A DNA stretch of 32,000 nucleotides, from NCBI RefSeq assembly GCF_045037575.1, contig NZ_CP173484.1; one strand, 5' to 3'. Under the pieces are notes generated by a model. The model did not search any database. It was not told the DNA's origin and saw only the letters and a program-made list of their open reading frames with translations. Each line of letters begins with the position of its first letter. The first letter of the stretch is position 1. Both the position numbers and the translations under genes were made by a program. This document shows positions 29,922 through 32,000 of this stretch, piece by piece. The stretch is from Escherichia coli. GTDB lineage: Bacteria; Pseudomonadota; Gammaproteobacteria; Enterobacterales; Enterobacteriaceae.

Positions 29922-30107
29922 TCATTGGTTGCCAGCCCGCGAATCAAGTTTGTTCTGGATCCAAGCTTCAACCTCCTCAAGCGACCATCTAGCTGATCTA
30001 CCAATTTTAACTGGCTGTGGAAACGTGCCCGTCTTAACCCATGAGTAGATTGCCGTTTTCTTGAAGCCCGTTCTGAGCATGACTTCGCTTAATTTGATAA
30101 GGCGCAT
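29922..30107 (-). CDS. Second AlpA-family regulator
   Basis: 61 aa; LIKLSEVMLRTGFKKTAIYSWVKTGTFPQPVKIGRSARWSLEEVEAWI. Confidence 0.85.
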   Translation of the reverse strand: MRLIKLSEVMLRTGFKKTAIYSWVKTGTFPQPVKIGRSARWSLEEVEAWIQNKLDSRAGNQ

Positions 30108-30156
30108 AGAGGCTCCTCTGCTTTAGATTAAGCATAGTGACAATCTGGCTTTGGGT

Positions 30157-30191
30157 GGTATCCAAAAGCGAGGTATCCATGTTGGTATCCA
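30157..30191. promoter_or_regulatory. Three GGTATCCA repeats, candidate operator next to the second AlpA gene
   Basis: Copies at 30157, 30172 and 30184, 50-85 bp upstream of the AlpA start. Confidence 0.5.
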
Positions 30192-30358
30192 CCAAAACGC
30201 TGTTTACCAAAAAGTTACCACCGGAACAGGACATTTTGAGCTGTAACTTAACACATAGCATATGGAGTTCACGCATAGACTTCACGCACAACGGCTCTGG
30301 CCAGTGAAGAATCACCCTGGCTAGCAATATAATGCCGATCACCATCAGAGGGGAATCC

Positions 30359-30550
30359 ATGACACCACGAGAAATCGAGCTGCTGACCATTGCCAAGCTG
30401 GAGCATGGCGGCCACCAGCTCAGCCCGGCAGAACTGCGGGAATTAAGGCGCCAGCTGGCAGAGGGCCCTGTAATAGCCAGGCGGTACCGCGAAATGATGA
30501 CCAGCCCCGCATATCGCTGGAGCAAACCAGCGCCGCTCCGTGCGCGGTGA
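30359..30550 (+). CDS. 'MTPREI' mini-protein, copy 1
   Basis: MTPREIELLTIAKLEHGGHQLSPAELRELRRQLAEGPVIARRYREMMTSPAYRWSKPAPLRAR; clear paralog at 31361. Confidence 0.75.
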   Translation: MTPREIELLTIAKLEHGGHQLSPAELRELRRQLAEGPVIARRYREMMTSPAYRWSKPAPLRAR

Positions 30551-30625
30551 GCAGCACCTAACCAGCACTAGACAAGCCCTGTGCTGGTGAATGTCCCTCA
30601 TAATTAGCGGTTTTTAAACGGCGTG

Positions 30626-30752
30626 TTGGTTCACGGCCTCTTTTTGTTGGTTCAAAAATGGGGTGTGTTGGTTCACTTTTTGCGAATAATTCTTTTAAAA
30701 ACAATACTCTTTACAAATTGAACCAACTGAACCAACTGAACCAACACCTTTT
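30626..30752. repeat. Iteron cluster 2, inverted copy of cluster 1 (candidate second cis-replication region)
   Basis: TTGGTTCA at 30626, 30647, 30668; TGAACCAA at 30719, 30728, 30737; 30698-30752 is the reverse complement of 23026-23080 with one mismatch. Confidence 0.8.
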
Positions 30753-30781
30753 TGCTTATCTATATAATCTGAGAGGCAGAA

Positions 30782-31063
30782 ATGATAAGGGACAGGAAAG
30801 CTGAAGAGCTGGAGTCAAAAGGGCTATACCGGAGAGCTGCCGCACGATGGATGGAAGTCATGCTGTTATGCACCGAGGACGATGATCGGGAATGGATAAA
30901 GCGCCGCCGTGAAACGTGTCTGGAGAACGTGAAGCGCCCGCCCGTGAAGGTTGAGGAATTTGGCGACCTGCATAAAGCTGTTACCGAAACGCAACACCGC
31001 ATGGGGATAGCGCAACCGAACGGTAACGCCTTCCGGTTAAATGGCGGCAAGAGGCAAAGGTAG
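30782..31063 (+). CDS. PerC-family-like protein
   Basis: 93 aa; RDRKAEELESKGLYRRAAARWMEVMLLCTEDDDREWIKRRRETCL. Confidence 0.75.
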   Translation: MIRDRKAEELESKGLYRRAAARWMEVMLLCTEDDDREWIKRRRETCLENVKRPPVKVEEFGDLHKAVTETQHRMGIAQPNGNAFRLNGGKRQR

Positions 31064-31100
31064 ACCACCAGAGGGAAATCATCCTCTGGCTGGCGGTTTC

Positions 31101-31135
31101 TGGTATTTCGGGACAAGTACGCGCGCGCGTAGCAC
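31101..31135 (+). repeat. Motif copy C: CTGGTATTTCGGGACAAGTACGCGCGCGCGTAGCA
   Basis: Matches copy B with one extra CG dinucleotide. Confidence 0.75.
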
Positions 31136-31360
31136 CCAATCGGTGAGGAAATAGCGGCGACCTGAATGGTCAAAATCACAACGCAGCTATCCCCGTAAGC
31201 AGCGCTTAACGGAATAGCAGTAACCTGAATCCAGTGGGGAGGGGGTAGTCAAATCTCTACAGCCCTGACTATCCGGGACTGCCCGCCCCATCGTTTTTTT
31301 ATACCCGCGAAAAATGAAATTTAATCCGGGCGTGTTTCATCCTTCCAGAGGGTATGACGT

Positions 31361-31546
31361 ATGACACCACGCGAAATAGCCTTATTGACCATCGCCAAAC
31401 TTGAGCACGGAGGCCACCAGCTTACACAGGCAGATCAACGGGAGATAGAACGATCAGTTAATGCCGATATAGCCCGGCGCGACAGGTTCCGCGAAATGAT
31501 GCGAGCACCTGCCTACCAGTGGAAGAAGCCAGCGCCGCGCAGGTAG
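31361..31546 (+). CDS. 'MTPREI' mini-protein, copy 2
   Basis: MTPREIALLTIAKLEHGGHQLTQADQREIERSVNADIARRDRFREMMRAPAYQWKKPAPRR. Confidence 0.75.
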   Translation: MTPREIALLTIAKLEHGGHQLTQADQREIERSVNADIARRDRFREMMRAPAYQWKKPAPRR

Positions 31547-31666
31547 ATATGGGATTATTCCACATGTAACTTATGCGTATTAAGCAAATTTCCTTTATTC
31601 ACCTTTACAGAATTGTGAGTACGTCAGTATCGTTATCCTTCCGATTCGCATTTATTCAGGATTTGC

Positions 31667-32000
31667 ATGTACCAGCTAAAGATAACCATCCGAGACAGCA
31701 AACCACCTGTATGGCGGCGTGTGCTGGTTCCAGAGCAAATCCCCTTTAGTAAACTTCATGCCGTGATCCAGTTAGCTTTTGGCTGGAATGACGAACACCT
31801 GTATATGTTCGAGAAAGGGCGTAAAGGTGATCCAGGTAGCGAGTATCGCGTATGGGGTGAGGATGAAAGCATGGGTAACGCGGCAATCACGCCACTATGG
31901 GCGGCGCTCCAGAATGAGGGTGACAAGCTGGTTTACACGTATGACTTTGGCGACTGGTGGGATTGCGTCATTGTGCTGGAGAAGCAAACACACGATACGA
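31667..32000 (+). CDS. Plasmid pRiA4b ORF-3-like family protein (runs off the window)
   Basis: MYQLKITIRDSKPPVWRRVLVPEQIPFSKLHAVIQLAFGWNDEHLYMFEKG...YTYDFGDWWDCVIVLEK; no stop before the window end. Confidence 0.85.
   Translation, partial: MYQLKITIRDSKPPVWRRVLVPEQIPFSKLHAVIQLAFGWNDEHLYMFEKGRKGDPGSEYRVWGEDESMGNAAITPLWAALQNEGDKLVYTYDFGDWWDCVIVLEKQTHDT

Noticed and set aside
31154-31163. GCGGCGACCT, identical to part of the lambda cosN core
   Set aside because: Only 10 bp matches and the flanks do not resemble lambda cos; too weak to call a cos site, although it lies near motif copy C and could be tested.
13764-32000. Search by eye for a second thrW-like 3' fragment that would mark the other end of the element
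   Set aside because: None found in the window, so the right boundary is probably outside or lost; I cannot state the element length.

Overview
The window holds parts of two mobile elements joined by a short accessory stretch. (1) About 1-11.9 kb is the tail/baseplate end of a contractile-tailed (myovirus-type) prophage: partial tape measure, baseplate plug and hub, Gp138-like spike, baseplate J, DUF2612 protein, tail fibre and Tfa genes. An invertible tail-fibre cassette is served by a Pin/Gin/Hin-type serine invertase, and I can locate both 26-bp crossover sites. Morons include a signal-peptide protein, an uncharacterised two-gene cassette inside the baseplate operon, and a GIY-YIG protein. 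The block ends at a serU-like tRNA 3' fragment. (2) An AraC-type regulator and an IS2-group (IS3 family) transposase remnant lie at 11.9-13.7 kb. (3) From about 13.7 kb a thrW-like tRNA 3' fragment precedes a P4-type integrase and a satellite-like element: AlpA, AntA/AntB antirepressor, Icd/Ash-like ORF, a string of small ORFs and a 919-aa TOPRIM/DUF927 primase-helicase. No capsid, portal, terminase or tail genes are visible, but four intact P22-like late genes (gp14 and the ejection proteins gp7, gp20, gp16) are embedded in it. This cassette is bracketed by two six-copy TTGGTTCA/TGAACCAA iteron clusters. They are in inverted orientation (23.03-23.14 kb and 30.63-30.74 kb) and share 54/55 bp, an arrangement resembling P4 ori/crr. 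The right part has a second AlpA, GGTATCCA repeats, a PerC-like gene, two paralogous 'MTPREI' mini-proteins and three copies of a GACAAGTACGCGCGCG motif. The lead hypothesis is a P4-like phage satellite that carries its own P22-type DNA-ejection proteins. All family names come from recognition by eye; no database search was run.
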